Shown one piece after another: positions 1-15,200 of a stretch of 64,000 bases of DNA (position 1 is its first letter; each line of letters begins with the position of its first letter). The notes below the pieces were generated by a model that was not told the DNA's origin, did not search any database, and saw only the letters and a list, made by a program, of their open reading frames with translations. This stretch comes from Balanoglossus misakiensis. Taxonomy: Eukaryota; Animalia; Hemichordata. Position numbers and translations under genes: made by a program. The stretch covers positions 4,697,957-4,761,956 of the forward strand of contig CM082591.2 of the NCBI GenBank assembly GCA_040954595.2, written 5' to 3'.

Positions 1-269
1 GAAATTAAATTCAGTGATACCGATAGCACTGTCGAAGGAGAACTTCATAACAATAACATAGTATGATTATTTTTGTGTTATTATTTTATCATTCATTAAA
101 TTACTAGGATGACCAAATTGTGACTTGGTAAAATATGGCAGTGGGGTAAATGTAGGCAGGCTAGATAATACTGCCCTCTATCGCACCAAGTCTGGCATTG
201 CTTGTTGTATCACTGGCGTTGTTACGTATTACGTAATGGTACACAGTGTTGGTGGTGTCACTGTATTAG

Positions 270-355
270 GGCAGTCACCCCCTGGGCATTTTGCACCATC
301 CCAGTAACAGGATTACATGTGTAGGTGTGGGGGTTGGTCCAGGGGGGAACTGTCC
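270..355. mobile_element. Short inverted-repeat (MITE-like) remnant
   Basis: GGCAGTCACCCCCTGG ... CCAGGGGGGAACTGTCC imperfect inverted ends. Confidence 0.35.
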
Positions 356-3300
356 TATATAACCGATGTTGCTATTGTAGTTGAACTTCTTTCCCTGTGT
401 TTGCTCAGCAATTGTATCAATCCATTGTACTTGACAGTCCATTACTTTGCTACATGTACTTCTGGCAGTAAAATCAAATATTTGCATTTTAATGGTTAAT
501 TGTGAGTGCAGCTGTGCTTTCCCCAGTCGTTCCCGGCCGTGGCATTTGCTGTGAATTATATATTTTAAACCGTTTTTATTTTCGACCATGATTGTTGGGT
601 TGGTCAGTTCACATTATAACAAACAGCTGTGCGATGGGGAAATATCTCCACGGAAGTTTCGGAAGTAGGGACCGTTTATTGTACGGATTCAACATTTACA
701 CGGAATTGCCCGGGCTTCCAGCGGGGAGAAGTGAACGGGCTGATAAATATTTGAAACTCTTCCCGGAAGAGATTTTCCCCAGGTGATGAATGCATCATTA
801 ATAACGCAAAGGCAGGTGTGGTAAGGAGAAGACTCCTATTCAAGGAAGATTTTAAGGATGTACATAAATGTAATATATATGCACACTACCCATCTCGTGG
901 AATTTGTCTGATGAGAACATGTCTAGCAAATTGAACTCAGCTGCGAAGATCTGTTGTAGTGAGGATTTCTTCAGCGCAAAATTCATGTCTGTTTTTATTT
1001 GTCCGTAAACACACACCTGTTCACGTGCATTCACATGCAAAGTTATTCACTGTTGTCATTCCCTTGCATTCATTCCTGAAGACAATAGAATGTTTTACTG
1101 TTCCGCGTCCAAGTAAATCTCTGCAGTTAATCTTTTCAGCATTATGTGAAATATATTTGGTGAGAGACTCTCTACTACATGTGTAGGTGCAGTTATTATC
1201 GATCACTAATTCATGATGTACTTACTGGCCCGAGAGATTCCTAATTGAAACCAAATCTAAATTACTTGCTTCGAAATTCTGTTTTTGTCAGAAAATGGAT
1301 GTACAGTTGTCACAGAGGTGTCCAAAAGTGGGGTGTAAAACACCAATTTTTCTGAGATAGAGGTCTAAGATGCTATATTAGTTCCTCACAACTATCATAG
1401 AATGGAATGTCTTTTCAAGATTAATACCAGCATGGTATTTTAATATGTATAAAGGCCATTTAGCTAGTTGCATTGTACAGTGACTTAATTGGGTGACTAG
1501 TTTTAAATGATAGGAATTGTTGGTAATCAGAGCGTAGTTCCACAGGCTGGGTTTGACCTTTGGCAAGTCCAGTCTCTTGTGGATGTGAAATCATGACATT
1601 AGTGATGTCTCCCTCTACATAGCAACACCCCAACTGTACTACATGTACTGCACTGGTTGAATGGAGTTTGTGGCCAGGCCTGTCCAGCTTTCTAAACCCC
1701 TGTTTTCAGTGAAGATTATACAACAAAGAAAACATCTCTTCCAGCTGAATGACCGCCATGAAACAATAAGAGAAACATGCCACGTAGTACCCATTTCTTT
1801 CAGTGGCGTGGTTCACTCCTATTGTTTTGTATGTTGGATCATCCCAAGTCAACAAATCATAGCGGGGCGGGGGCCGATCCAGGCTCAGAAATGTCCCGTT
1901 TGCTCCTAAAGTAAGCCTACCCCTAAATTGTACCAGCCAGCTGATAAAGACTAAATCTATTTCTGTCGTTTGTAGAAAGTAACTGTCTGGCAGCATAGAT
2001 GATACTAATTTTTTTGATATACAAATATAGACATTCCTTAACATACAAGCAAAGTAATTGAATCATTGGTTTATGAACAAAAGTGTTTATAATCTCAGTG
2101 TCCAGTGTTGCTTGAAGATTGAATTGATTCTGAAAATAAAGTACCAGGGTCACTTTTCTTAAGTTCTGTTTACAAGATACATACACACTTGCATTTACCG
2201 GTAGTTCTCGATACCATCACACCAAAACACTGTCCTCACTGTCTGTAGTAAAAGTGAAACCTTCCATGGCAACTGTTGATATTATCATTCAGGGTGTATT
2301 TTAATGCAGTAGCCAAAATAAAATAATTTGATTAAGTGTTGTTGAAGGAAATGAAGCCAGGATTCAATACATTGGATGCCTTTTGTGATTTCTTTAGCTA
2401 TTTTATTGTGTTTTTGTGAAATTGTACAATTAAGGTTGTGGAAAATGATGTTATCAAATGCTTTATCTGACAAGTGACATCAGATGTTAGTTATCAGTTA
2501 TGGAAGTTGCGATCGTATTAGCGGATTCATCCACTACTGAATTCATTGTCGCATTCCACACACAGACGCGACTTTCCCAAATCTCTTCATGGAACGCAGA
2601 CACTGACCTGTCAAAGGACGTTACACGCTTTTAGTTCTATGCAATTTGGGATTGGCTCGCTAACGACACCGGCCATTGTCTCCCGTTCCGCGGTCAATTA
2701 AGCGGCGGAAGCTGGTCTCCGAAACAAAAGGGGCGAAGTTTGCTCGGAGAATAATACCCAGAGCCCTTTTGAAAAAAGACCCCCTAGGCACTTGTAGATT
2801 GCTTTGAGTTTTTAAGAACCACAAATGATTAAAGCTAGTTTTTTTCTCCCGAGGAGGAAAAAAAAACCCCCACTTAATTGTGTTTGTATGTTTTTAATGG
2901 ACTGGAGTTAGCTATTCATCTTAAAGGGGGTGAGGGCAGGTTGTGTTCGTTAATTTGATAGACAACAAGTGTGACTTTATATCTGATGGTGATAGTATCT
3001 TTAAATGTGGAAATATTTAAAATCTGTAGACACACAGCGTCGGGTGCTGTCAGCTGTAGGCTAAGATTGAATGTTTGAACTGTGGTGGCTTGTATTATAC
3101 CATCCCCGGCGCATATGCCTGCAGGCGGTTTGTTACATCGAAATCATTGTGTTCCGGTGTGGTTGTAACAAGCTTGGCATTGCCCAGAGGTACATTCCAG
3201 GTTAAATAATACAATTGGTACGAGTCCAACAATCTTGTTCACTGCAAATTGGACTCTTTCTCCCGAAAAGGAGAGGCTGGTTTATAATGGAGATGTAATT

Positions 3301-4982
3301 CTCTGTAAGAGAGTGCGTCGTGTGCATTGAACGTCACAATATAGGAGCCAGCCGAATGCTGGTACTGACATTCTGTGTGTCTGTGAATAAGACTTGCACT
3401 ACAATATTCAGCCGTGTCCATAGGCTCTTGCCTTCAGGGATGCAGGTCTTTGTAATGAGATATATTTTATGGGTGTGTGGCCACCAACCCCAAATCCCGT
3501 TTTAGACCAATTTTCACCCAAAAATATACCCCCGTTTTAATAGACCTTAGATGCTATTTCACTAAATACATTGTTGGGTGTTTAGGTTTAAACCTGTACG
3601 AAGTCGCATGAAAATTTATTCATCAATGCACAGACTAGAACTCCATCAGACAGAAATCCAGAGCAACCCTCAGCATGTTCCGGGAAAAAAATTCCCAGAC
3701 TTCTGACGGCACTTTGGGAGATGAAACCGGCAGAATCCGCAAATATTTCCGGGGGATGTTGGAGCATAATTAAGAACTGTGAACGTGTGTTATTGTCTTT
3801 TGAATTCCCTGCCGCTGTTTAGATGCCGTCTGGTAAATTAGAAGTCAGTGCAGGTGTTAGCTGGGGATATTTTGATTTCGCGTAATTTACACGTACGGTC
3901 AAGGTTGATGGAGTCTGTGGCTCAGTTTGATACTTGTTTTTATTGTAGAAGTACAAAAAATTATATTAAGTAATCATAAGGCCTTATTCATACATACAGA
4001 CTACAAGTGTCTTGCTGTTATATGAATATGTCTAGTCAGTATGTGTTTCGGAAAATGTCGTCTATGAACAAGATATGCTGCACGTGAAAGGAAATAGCCA
4101 AGCTAATTAAGTTCCTCGAATGACTTTTTGCTCAGCTAAGTTCTCTTGTCTGTGCCAGCCTTTACAAAGCACTGGTCTCACAAACTAAAACATTTGTGCA
4201 AGATTTTTCAGCCAGGGTTTGGATATTTAGCAGATCTTATCAATTGTCAGATAGCGTACATATAAAGAGCTACTTGTATCCTATAAAACCCACTCTAGTT
4301 GCTACTGACTGTCTTTCAACATATCTTGCAATTTTGGGATGTAAGTAATTATTTCCAGTGTTTACAGAAACATAGATGTCATCGGTGATCAGTGCTTGTA
4401 CTGACAGTCTGACCAACAGGGCCGATTGAAATGTGACTTCTATCATCTTGAAAATGCCATAAAAGCATCATCAGCAAACCTTTTGACCCCTGAGGGCATG
4501 CTAATACCATCAAATAATAGTCGTTATATTCAAATGCTTAGGACAAGCATACGACCAGATGGGTTTGATGAAATCTCTCCTAATGGATCAAATCATTGCT
4601 GACCACTGCGGGGTTGTTGAGCCATTCGGAACAATTTCATTTTGGAATTACCTCATCAGACTAGAAATGACAGTCGATCCAACAGACAAATCAAAAAGCC
4701 ATGTTCATTTTACGTTTTGTTTGTGGTCGCGCTGTCCGCCACTAACTCGACTGTCATTTTTTCTAAATCGATTTTTTCCTGAAACTGTGTTTACATGTAT
4801 GTTGTGTTGATTGGGTTAATATTAGACGGTCTCTGGAGAATTTTGGCCCATTTTGCTCTCGTTCGAACATCAAATCCAAGTAAGTGTGTAGACATAGCTG
4901 TGTGATTTCTGTGCAGGTGCCAAGGCTGGTGTTAATACCCCACAAGTACATGTGAACTGTGCATCTTAGACAGAAAGATGTA

Positions 4983-5148
4983 CAGTAAAAACCTGTCTAA
5001 ACTGAGCACCAAAGGGACTGAAAGAACTGTTCGATTTGCAGAGATGTCTGGTTCTTTTATTTTTAACAGGCTCTACGTCAAAGAGATAGGAAAAGTTTTC
5101 CAGATTTGACAGCTAGGACTAAGGGTTGGGTTTAGACAGGTTTTACTG
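4983..5148. mobile_element. Tc1/mariner-pogo-like MITE (CAGT...ACTG ends)
   Basis: TIRs CAGTAAAAACCTGTCTAAAC / GTTTAGACAGGTTTTACTG with TA on the left; shares internal sequence with 7982-8135. Confidence 0.7.
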
Positions 5149-6062
5149 GGCAATGAATCTTCCCTGTCTGTGTGGCATTCAATGGGAAAAGCAAGAGAAC
5201 ATTTCTACCGACTTGCAATTGAACTTGACATCCACGCAGATAATTGACATGATGGGTTGCCCTTGACAATTCCAATTTTGAAAATGAAATATGGCTGTCA
5301 TCACCATCTTTCAAATTCAATTCCTGCATGATTGTCATAAACAGGGACACACCTTCGGGGGAAAGAGGCATTCTTTATGTCCGTGATCTAGCGCGCAGTT
5401 TCTGCAGTTGCTCTATCAGGATGACATCTATTCAGTCGTTCTATAGAAGAGTTGTAATTTCTCACATTTGGTGGCCGCTGGGAGTTGTGAGATTGACGGC
5501 GTGAGATCAAATCAATCTCAGAAAGCATTTATATGACACAGGCACTGATTGGATAATAAACGTTCTTTGACGAACACGCTCAAAATGTTATCCAATAGCA
5601 TGATGTGTAATACTACGTTGACAGGGACTACATGTACAAGGTGAAGAACGACACTCATGCATGCAGTCATACTTGGTGTGAATTTGACTCATTTTGTTGC
5701 CATGTGACAGAAATAATCCCACACATCAAGGACTTGGGACTAGATTTCTCGTGCTCAGGGATGTTTTGTCTTACACGAGCCACAGGTGAATGCGAGACAG
5801 AATATCCCAAAACGATTTTTAAAAATCATGTTCCAAGTCCTTGTAGCTGTGAGATATCCTGTTTACGTGTACTTTCTCAGGGGATTACATGTGTACACAG
5901 GTTGGTTCAGAGTACTTTGCATCAAAGCAGGACACACTGCGTTTCAGAAGCTGGTAATATGTTCTGTGCCACACTGGCTTGACAATGCAATGCTATACAC
6001 AGAATTCTGGTTTCTAAGACTGCCAGTCTCCAACACCTATATTGTCAATAGTAGTGTTTATA

Positions 6063-6146
6063 CCCTGTCACACCCATTCCCTCTTTAAGAGGTCCACCTT
6101 AACATAGAAAACAACAGGTTTGGACTGAACCACGGTGGTGAAAGGG
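6063..6146. mobile_element. About 85-bp piggyBac-like MITE, copy 1
   Basis: CCCTGTCAC...GTGAAAGGG-TTAA; close match to the copy at 49931-50016. Confidence 0.75.
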
Positions 6147-6240
6147 TTAAAGGGACAAAGTTGCTAGCTTGTGACATTATTTTGGTCGTACGTGCAATAT
6201 CATTGACCCTTGTCTTGTTTGTCTTTGTATCTTCCTTCAG

Positions 6241-9200
6241 CCTCCAAAACAAAAGAGCGGGAAGAAAGGCAAGCTGTCGAAAGCCGAGAAGGAAAAGTTG
6301 AAGAAGGAGGAAGCAGAAAGAAAGGCCAAAGAAGAAGGTAGGGATTGTTGTCTGTCATGTCGTCTTTATAATGATTCCAGGGTTTGAAAATGGCCAGTTG
6401 CCGTTCGAAAATTTCCTGTTTTACATACCCACATCAACAAATATGAGCCTTTGGATGAGCTTGAGTTTGGTCACTCGCACTGGCCAATGAATGAGTCGCT
6501 GGATTTTCATTAAATCGTGCAATGAAGCTCTGATTTAATCAACTGGCAACATTGACTACGTTCATTGGAGTTACTGGCAAATGAATAGGGCAGTGCATGA
6601 ATCCTCCTTAGATTGTTAAATGGAGCCGGGAGATTGGATCATTTGAAAAGCGGCCGTCATCTTTTGAGGAGCGCATCCGCGCAGTTCCAGATTACTGTTG
6701 CGTTTATAGAAGCACGAATGACACGACCAGCCTTTGCTTGATTCTCTGCATCACAATGAAGTCTGCGAGTCGGGTTAACAGTGGGTACGGTTGTGTGTGC
6801 ATGTTTGAGGAGAACATGTTTTAGTGGCATTCAAGGCACATTTTCAATAGAGAATGTTTGATATGGTCATCGCTTGTGGGCTGGAGGGAAGTGTCAGTGC
6901 TTGTTAAAAAAATCTGTTTGTCATATTGTCAGTTTGTAAGGTCTGTACTGGAGTAGATGGTACAAAATGGTATCATTTAATATGGAACAACCGATTCATC
7001 ATATGTAAATTAATTTTGGCATGTTTGTAAATTAAGGTGATTGTAATCTTAATTATTCAGGTATTTGTTGCTCATATTTGCATACTTGTACCATTTATGT
7101 AAGCTTCCATCCCCATATATGGCATAACAACAAGATAGCTGTCAGTGACGTATACATGCAAATCACCAATTCAAAATGGCATTTTGCATTTTAATGAGAA
7201 ACTGTAGGAAGTGTTGTCGTAGTGTGAAACTGATACAGAAACAATTAGTCAAGTTGAAACAGGTGCAAGAATAAAAGCATCGCCAATTGGCAAGCCCCTG
7301 TAGTTGTTATTTTCCATTCCTGATGGATAGATTGTGGTAACTTCACAAAATGAATATTGTCAGTAATTTTGGAAATGACATCAGTATCGGCGATATATGC
7401 CTCAGAATTATTGAACAGAAGAGAATCAATCAAACCACATTGAAAAAATGATCTGATTGTCTTCCAATTTACCTGCGGTGATTGTCTTGCTAAATACCTT
7501 GTGTAAATAAAACGGAGACATTAATATAGTAATTGTAATTCTTGCCACCAGTCGGTTCATTTGTAAAAGCCGCAATGAATGAACCGGCCCATACAAGATG
7601 GACTAAAATCAATGGCAGATGTGAATCCTGAAGCAATTAGTGTAGTCTCTCAATCAATACAGATTCATATTTCAATGTCTTTATTTAACTTTGCTGGGGG
7701 AAGGATTTGAATTTACAAGTGGCAGAATTTTATCAATATCATCAATTAAACTTGGGGGCAGACTTTACTCTTGATAAAAACAAATGTTGCATTGTAAACA
7801 GATGCTGTTTCAAGTTGTCAGCAAATATACTGATATTGTTACTACAGAACTGGTTGATAAAACTTACGCCAGACAAATAAAACACCCACTAGATTCTCTT
7901 CATTTGCAAGAATTTCAACATCATGGCTATCAGTTCCATTTTGATGGGTTAGATGATTAAATACTGACACGCTTGTACATACAGTAAAATGGAAATCTGT
8001 CTATATTGAACACCTATTCCTGTCCCTGTGATATACGACCACATATTAAAAGAACCTCTGTAAAACAGACACCTCTGCAAAATTAACAGACAGTTTCTTC
8101 AGTCCCTTTGGTGTTTGGTTTAGACAGGAATACTGTAATATACAAGTATAGGTACATATACAATAAACAAATCTTGGCGTACATGAACATAAAAGTTTTT
8201 CTTTCAACCAGCCGCCTGATGTATTTTTACTCGCAAAAGACAATCTCTAATGTATCGCCAAGAGGTACCGGTGTCCCTTTGTGCGAATTGCGTTTTAGAT
8301 TCAAACGAGAGGAAGATGTTAACAACAAAAGCCCACGGGGGAAATCGAGAGTGTTTCTTGAATTAAAATCCTTGGTATGGTCATTGACACTTAATACACT
8401 AATAGGGGTATCCCACATTTATATTCTACATTTCGAGTTATTCGTAAACTTGCACATAATTATAATGCACAGGCCAATGGCATGGATTTTAATTGAGTTC
8501 TTAAAATTTCAAGTTCTTAAAAATGCAAGTTATTAAACATTCATGAAAAATTGACAAGTGATAAACAGCATATCTAGTTCAACAAGATATTAATATTTGA
8601 TGATGTTTCATTAATATTTTGTTATTTGAAATTTATGGCTTGACCAAAATATTTTTTTATTGCCATGTATTAAAGCTGCATCGTCATAAAAGAATATTGA
8701 ATTATTAAAGATGAATCCACCTTGATAGAGATTTGAGATAGGTGAACGGCCTTCAACTTTTTTCATTCTTTTGTTATGCTTGAGTTTAGTTTATGCAGTC
8801 ATAAATATAATATCAGATCTCTTCAGCAAAAAGTATAGTCAAATTTAAGTACTCATTTTCATAGACCATTTGGTTGAAATCGTAAATCTTCGTGTGCAAA
8901 AAAAGGTTGTTGGCTGACCAAAAGATTTTATTTCAGATACTAGTATACCAAACAGAGACTATTTACATGATAAAACACAATATATGATAGATATATTCTG
9001 ATTGAGCATAGGTCTGTATTATATAACCAGCAATTGACATGACAGTCGTATCTCAACATGTCACGCTGTTTGCACACGTTCACATCAAGTATTTACGATC
9101 CAGTCATTTTTATGCCAAGTCGATGTGTTGACATTACCCATCCATGTATAATTAGATGATAGTGTTTTATTGATAAAGACAGAAACATCCTGGGAATGAA

Positions 9201-12200
9201 GTCTTTTTATTTTAAGCAAACAATTAAAGCATATTTGTAGTCTATTCATAGAGCAGTAGTCCCATCTTTAATTAGCTTTGATAGAGAGCTTTGTATGCCT
9301 AGTATATGAATCGGTATTTCTTTCATATTCATCATGTCAATTACTGATTTTTCTCCAAAGACATTTTTAGCCTTCATTTAAAAACCTAATTCTCTTCACT
9401 ACTATATTACAACCCACCACTATTTTCTGACATGGTAATATTTTCTCTGAATTTTCAATCTTATAATTCCATGTCTTTGAATGTATTTATATTTCGAAAA
9501 AAAAAATTTAAAAAACGTTTTCTTTATTTTTAGCTGGTCTCCAGATGGGGTAAAAATATTTCTGAATATGAACATCTCGTTTAATGATTATATCAACATT
9601 TAGTCTGTGTGATATTAAAAGTTCTATAATATCTGATTGTTTTTTCACTCATCGTATTGTTAGACAGAATTTCTTTTTTTTATAATATCAGATAGCACAT
9701 CGTACTAGTTAATATAACTTATAAGGAAAAAAAATTGACTTAAAAAAATTAAAACCTTTAAAGTTTGGGAGGTAAATTTTATCGTGTATGCTTGGGATAA
9801 GTCTTAACTCACATTTGACATATTTTCAGTCGTTTCCGTGTTGTGTTAACATCAAGTAAGGACAAATTAAAGAATTGCCCGGGAAGGTCCTCTGTGTCGG
9901 TATGGCCTTAATTTAAATTTCAAGTCAGCTGTGCTGCATTATTTAGTAGAAGAAGGTGAATACAGGTAATTAACTTGAATTGCTATTCTGATTGCCGGCG
10001 TAATGAAATGAATGCAACAAGTCGGCAAATAGTAACCTGAGGTGCCTAGCGTAGTCCGTGGATGCTAAATCAATTTGCTGTCTAAATGACCCCCAGCCGC
10101 TCCGGCAGAAATTGTTTGTCGTTTATGAAGAATTGGACGTAACTTGCCAAGGTGACCTTGATATTTCACATGCTGGTAGGTTAATTAAATAGAATTAATG
10201 CAAAGGCACAGTTGCCGACAAAACCTGCAGGGCATCTGACGGTACTATAATCATCATACGTTTGTGCTCATGTTTTACAAATTTATAGTTTGGTCAAACA
10301 AGGAAAATGTCAAGAAGTTGACGGTGCATGCACAGACAACCTTGCCAGAATGGTGAAGGTTGGCCCTCACTTGTTTATCAGATTGAAATTTTGCATTGTA
10401 AGCAAATGGGAAAGACCAAAATTTTTCTAATTTGAAATTCAAAATGGCCGCCACTGCCGCCACTGTGGAGAAAAATTAAATTAGTGATTTTTTAAAATAA
10501 AAACAAGACGGTGTACATCAAATTTTCTTCTTTTGTGTGTGTTTCTTTTTCAAACTGACTCCTAACACATCTTTAATATTGCACAGAATTGAAAGGTTTG
10601 AAGAACTCTGTCATTTTTCTGAAAATTTGTCTCCTGGGCATGTATATGTACTACCTTAAAAACAGCAGCGACTATCCTTCAGGTTCACCCAACACACAAA
10701 TTTAGATAAAAACAGATGTTAAATCATCTTGGCGTACTATTAACCAGACTTAAAAATAGCAAAAAGCTTTGGAAGGCTGATAGGTATTATTTTTAAAGCC
10801 TAGATCATTAGCTCGGCACAAATTTCAACAACACTTAAAAAATAAATGCTTCATGAATTCTCAATAACTACTAAAAGGTCACAAGGTGCGTTTGCTCATT
10901 CAATTAGAGTGTAATTTGTCATTTGTATTCATCGCTATGGCAATCTTCATCCTCGAGGTCAAGGGTCACATCACAGGCGTGTAGAGTAGATGGTACTTAC
11001 GAAACGACACATACAATTTAGATTGACTTGTCGTTGATGTGGTAATCTCGTTAAAAATGACTGAATGGTCTATGTCGTCGTTTCCCTAACCCACATTTGC
11101 CTGTGAATCCCTTTCATCAGCATGGTTTGGCCCAAATCCATTGTTTTCTATGGTAAGGTTAGACCACTTTTGAGGGAAATGGGGGTGAAAGGGTTAAGAT
11201 TATGTGCACTAGTACTACTAAAGATGCAATTTCAAATGATTCCTGAAAACAAATGTCAAGTTTGACTGCGTTGTAGTTGTATAGTTTAGGGTGACCAAGA
11301 GAGGTTTGGCTTGGGGTCAGAGCTCCATAAATCAACCAGGTGAAATCGACTGCTACTTTGGACTAGATAAACAGGTACTAACGGTTATATAATTACACGA
11401 CAAAAGAAGACAAAGGCTTGCCGCTAATTGTTGATTCACGGGTACTCAGGTGGGTGCATCTTCACCAGACAAGAGAAGAAGAAGAAGAAAAAAAAAACCC
11501 CACCTGATGCGAGTCCGTGCACACTAATCATCTCACGCCTCAGTGGTGACACGGCGTCTGTCATTGTTTCAACACGCATGCTGGAATGTCGGCGTTCGAC
11601 ACCTCACAAAGACACCTCACTGCAGGTCAATATTTTTGGTACCCGAAATTTGGGAGAAAATTCATTTACTTTAACAGTTTCAGTATTAATTTAACATTTT
11701 GTGTAGAATGACTATGTCTGCCTCACCGACATGCCACTATTGCATCACCACTGAACAAATTCACAGTTGCCCAAAAACTCAATCAGGATGTATAGTTAGT
11801 TCAAAACTATGGAATGTGTACAAAAATGTTACGGATTTACTCTGGCAGTAAAGTAGTAGTCTATGAAATCTGGGTTTGTGGGCTGAACCCACGTGTAAAC
11901 ATCTACAGTACTACCAGCTTGATTCCTTTAAAATACCTACTGCCGTAACCGATATGAACGAAACATAGTGGGTGTTCCTAGGGAAATAATTCATGATGCG
12001 GAAATCACTGTGAATGACAAATGAAGGGGTTGAGAGCTTAATTGACTCTGTCATACAACGCATCATTGTCCTCTCGTTGAGTTTAATTAACAGAAACTTT
12101 TCGGATGCAAAGTATTGAGTTTACAGCTTCTGTTTAAACGGAAACCAGACCCATTCGTTGCCATGTTCCACCCCCCTGGGCCACCAAATTTAGTCTAAAC

Positions 12201-15200
12201 GTGTTGTTCACATAATGGTATTGCTGGGTCGTTCCACTGGAAAATAGGGATGAGAGTAGGAGGAAGTCAGACCAGGAGATGGGTTGTGTTCCATTTCTCT
12301 GCCAAGCCCTATTACATATGCTTGGACCTATTAACCCAAACCATTAGAAGACAATAGGACTTTACCAAATGCATCTAGCTGGAAGGGTTGACATACAGTA
12401 TACATGTATTGGGGTTATAAATATCAGGGAAAGTTTGAGCAACTTAATAGCAACAGGTTCACAGCTACAGTAGGCCAATAAATACTATACCTAATATACA
12501 GATGCAACTCAGGTAACTTAGTAAGTCAGTGACTTGTAGGTTAAATTGTAGGTCCAGGGTTACCTCCGACCAACAAATCATAGATGCTTGGCCAGAAAAC
12601 CATGAAATTTCAAACATGAAACGGTTTAATATGACATGTGCAAATAGCTGTATGTACAGTAGATGGATGGATGAAGTTGTCGGCTTATCTACACAGACCA
12701 GAAGTACTCTAAAAAAAAGCTGTGTGTCCCTTTAATATTCATAATAATGTTCAGTGGAAGAAGGCTATGGTGTCCACAATTTGTCACCAAATAACGGATT
12801 TGAGATTGATTCGATGTCGAGTGCAATATGCGAGCACCCAGTGCTTGATTGAACAGCATAAATGTGAAATCAAGCATATACAGATGCACGGTGCATGATT
12901 GATCTGACGATTACTACAGCTGTAATTACCGCCCATAATTGGTGCCCAATTAATGACAATAATGGCAGCATTGGCGACTGATCGACTGGTAGAGGCAACT
13001 TCGGATGCTTGGTCTGCTGATTACCATGGCAACGTTGGAGTTACGCGACACAAGAGTGTTGACTTAAGAGCGTGGTTTTTAGTGTTCTGTGGGTGTGATG
13101 TTGCTTGGTGATTTTTGCATATCTGTGCGTTTAATTGGGGCTGACATTTCATGAAGTGTTATTACACTGAGGTATTGTCAGAATCTTCAATGGTTCTTTT
13201 CTATAAAGAAAATTCAGTCGTGAAAATTTGGTATCTTTAATAGTCTTTGAAAAACGTGGCACTGAAAACCATAATTTTGTAAAATAAAATCTCTGCAATA
13301 CTAAGCATAGACAAGCATTTATTTTCTATGATAGCACTTTTGATTCTAAAGATTTTATATGATTTTGTGATTTTTGAGTTGTCGTGTAAACAAGGCCCAG
13401 ACACTCTGTAATAACAACTGTACCTGTGGCAGTTATCAATCCACCATTATTTTCACAAATCAATCGTTCAATCGATGGTATTATTTTAATTTATTCTCGC
13501 TTCATGCAACATTCAAAACAGTAGGCTGTGTTAATAATTAATGTTTGTTATTTTTTATGCCATGGTGCATTCACTCAATCTTCTTGATTAATACAAAGTT
13601 TCTTTAAACCAAATAAATAATATTAGTTAATTATTATTTCAGACATAAATTTCATTGAGATGAGAACTATCTGATATTGAAGGAACATGAAGGAAAACAA
13701 ATCAAGCCAAAATATTTATGTGTCATGTACAATTTTTTCTTACTTGAATTGAGATATATAAAAAGTAACTCTCTATTTATTTTGATCAACTATTAATTTT
13801 AAATTTACACACACTGGTTGATATCCAGGTTTCGTTGGTCGATAATAAACTTCTGAAGGGGAAGGAATGCCAACATTACTGAGGTTTCTTTTTAAAAGTA
13901 AAGAAAAAAATGCTTGTCTTTGCATATTATGACATGTATGGTCATCAGATGACAAAGGTTACAAATGAAGGGCTTGGGGCAGTCTGACCTGTTAAAACAT
14001 GCAACCACTCTTTAATTTATTCACTTCCCTGCACTGAATAAACAATCTTTTTATCTACCCCCTTTTTTTAAAATAATGAATCTGTTGGAATTTGAATTTG
14101 AATGAAAGGACAAAAAAATTCGGTTCCTGGGCTTATTACAATGAAGTTTTATTTGTCGGTTTTATGAAAAATTAATTTATGCGCGTCGAACAATTAAAAC
14201 AATACATTTCAACTAGGGTGTTGTTTATGAAGAGGATGTTGGGCCTAATTGTGATATTTTTAAATTCATGGTATGCAGACATGTTTTAGAGGGTGTTCAT
14301 GTTATTGGCACAGGAACTGGGTGGTCATGCAGCGGGGTGTGGCTGATCATTTCACTATCTGCTTAGGGGGGCTTTATCGAGGAGATTTTACCATGGAATT
14401 TGTTGTATTAAAGTCAAATAAAACTCAAGAATGTAGTACACATTTAAAGCGCCAGCCGGTATTTTATATTTCGAGTGATTATAATAAATTGTTATAAAAT
14501 AAGAGTGAATCGGTGAACACGAAGTCGGTTTGAGAAGATGACTGGATAATGAGCGTGCCAAGCTGGCATTATCATTATGCGCGAGTTTGACGGTATTAGC
14601 ATGTTACGTAACGTTGCATATGGATACCCAAGCCCTTTGACAATGGAGGGTATTTATTATGTATGTCAGTGACCGTTGGATTGACTGTCACTTGGCCACT
14701 CTCACTTACAGAGGAAGCACGACTGCGAGCTGAGGAAGAGGAGCGCGACCGACAGGAGAGGGAACGACAGGAGAGGGAAGAGAGAGACAGAATTGAAGCT
14801 GAGGTGAGAGAGAGAGAGGGGGAGGAGGAGGAGGAAAATGAAAGTGGGTTATAATTATATCAGTGAGAGGGGGTTTCTGCTTTTTGTGTATTTTTCGTGC
14901 GGTTTCTCCGTTGGTATGCTGGTGGACTGACCAGGAGCTTGTTGGCTGCCATGTTGGCAGACCATGACTCTTGCAAGTTGAGCCAATGTTTCTGTGAAAG
15001 TGAAACCCAACAATGCTTTATAAATCATTGGCATAATTTATGACTCCTGAAAATTCTTGTAAATTTCACCAGTTTTATTTTTTTTATAACGTATCATGTA
15101 TGTTCAGAAGCCAAAATTGGGGTGGATTTGGTGGTCGAATTGGGAGTGGCAGGGTAGTTTAAACAAAGTGACTCTGAATAATTTATGTCGACACAGGGAA

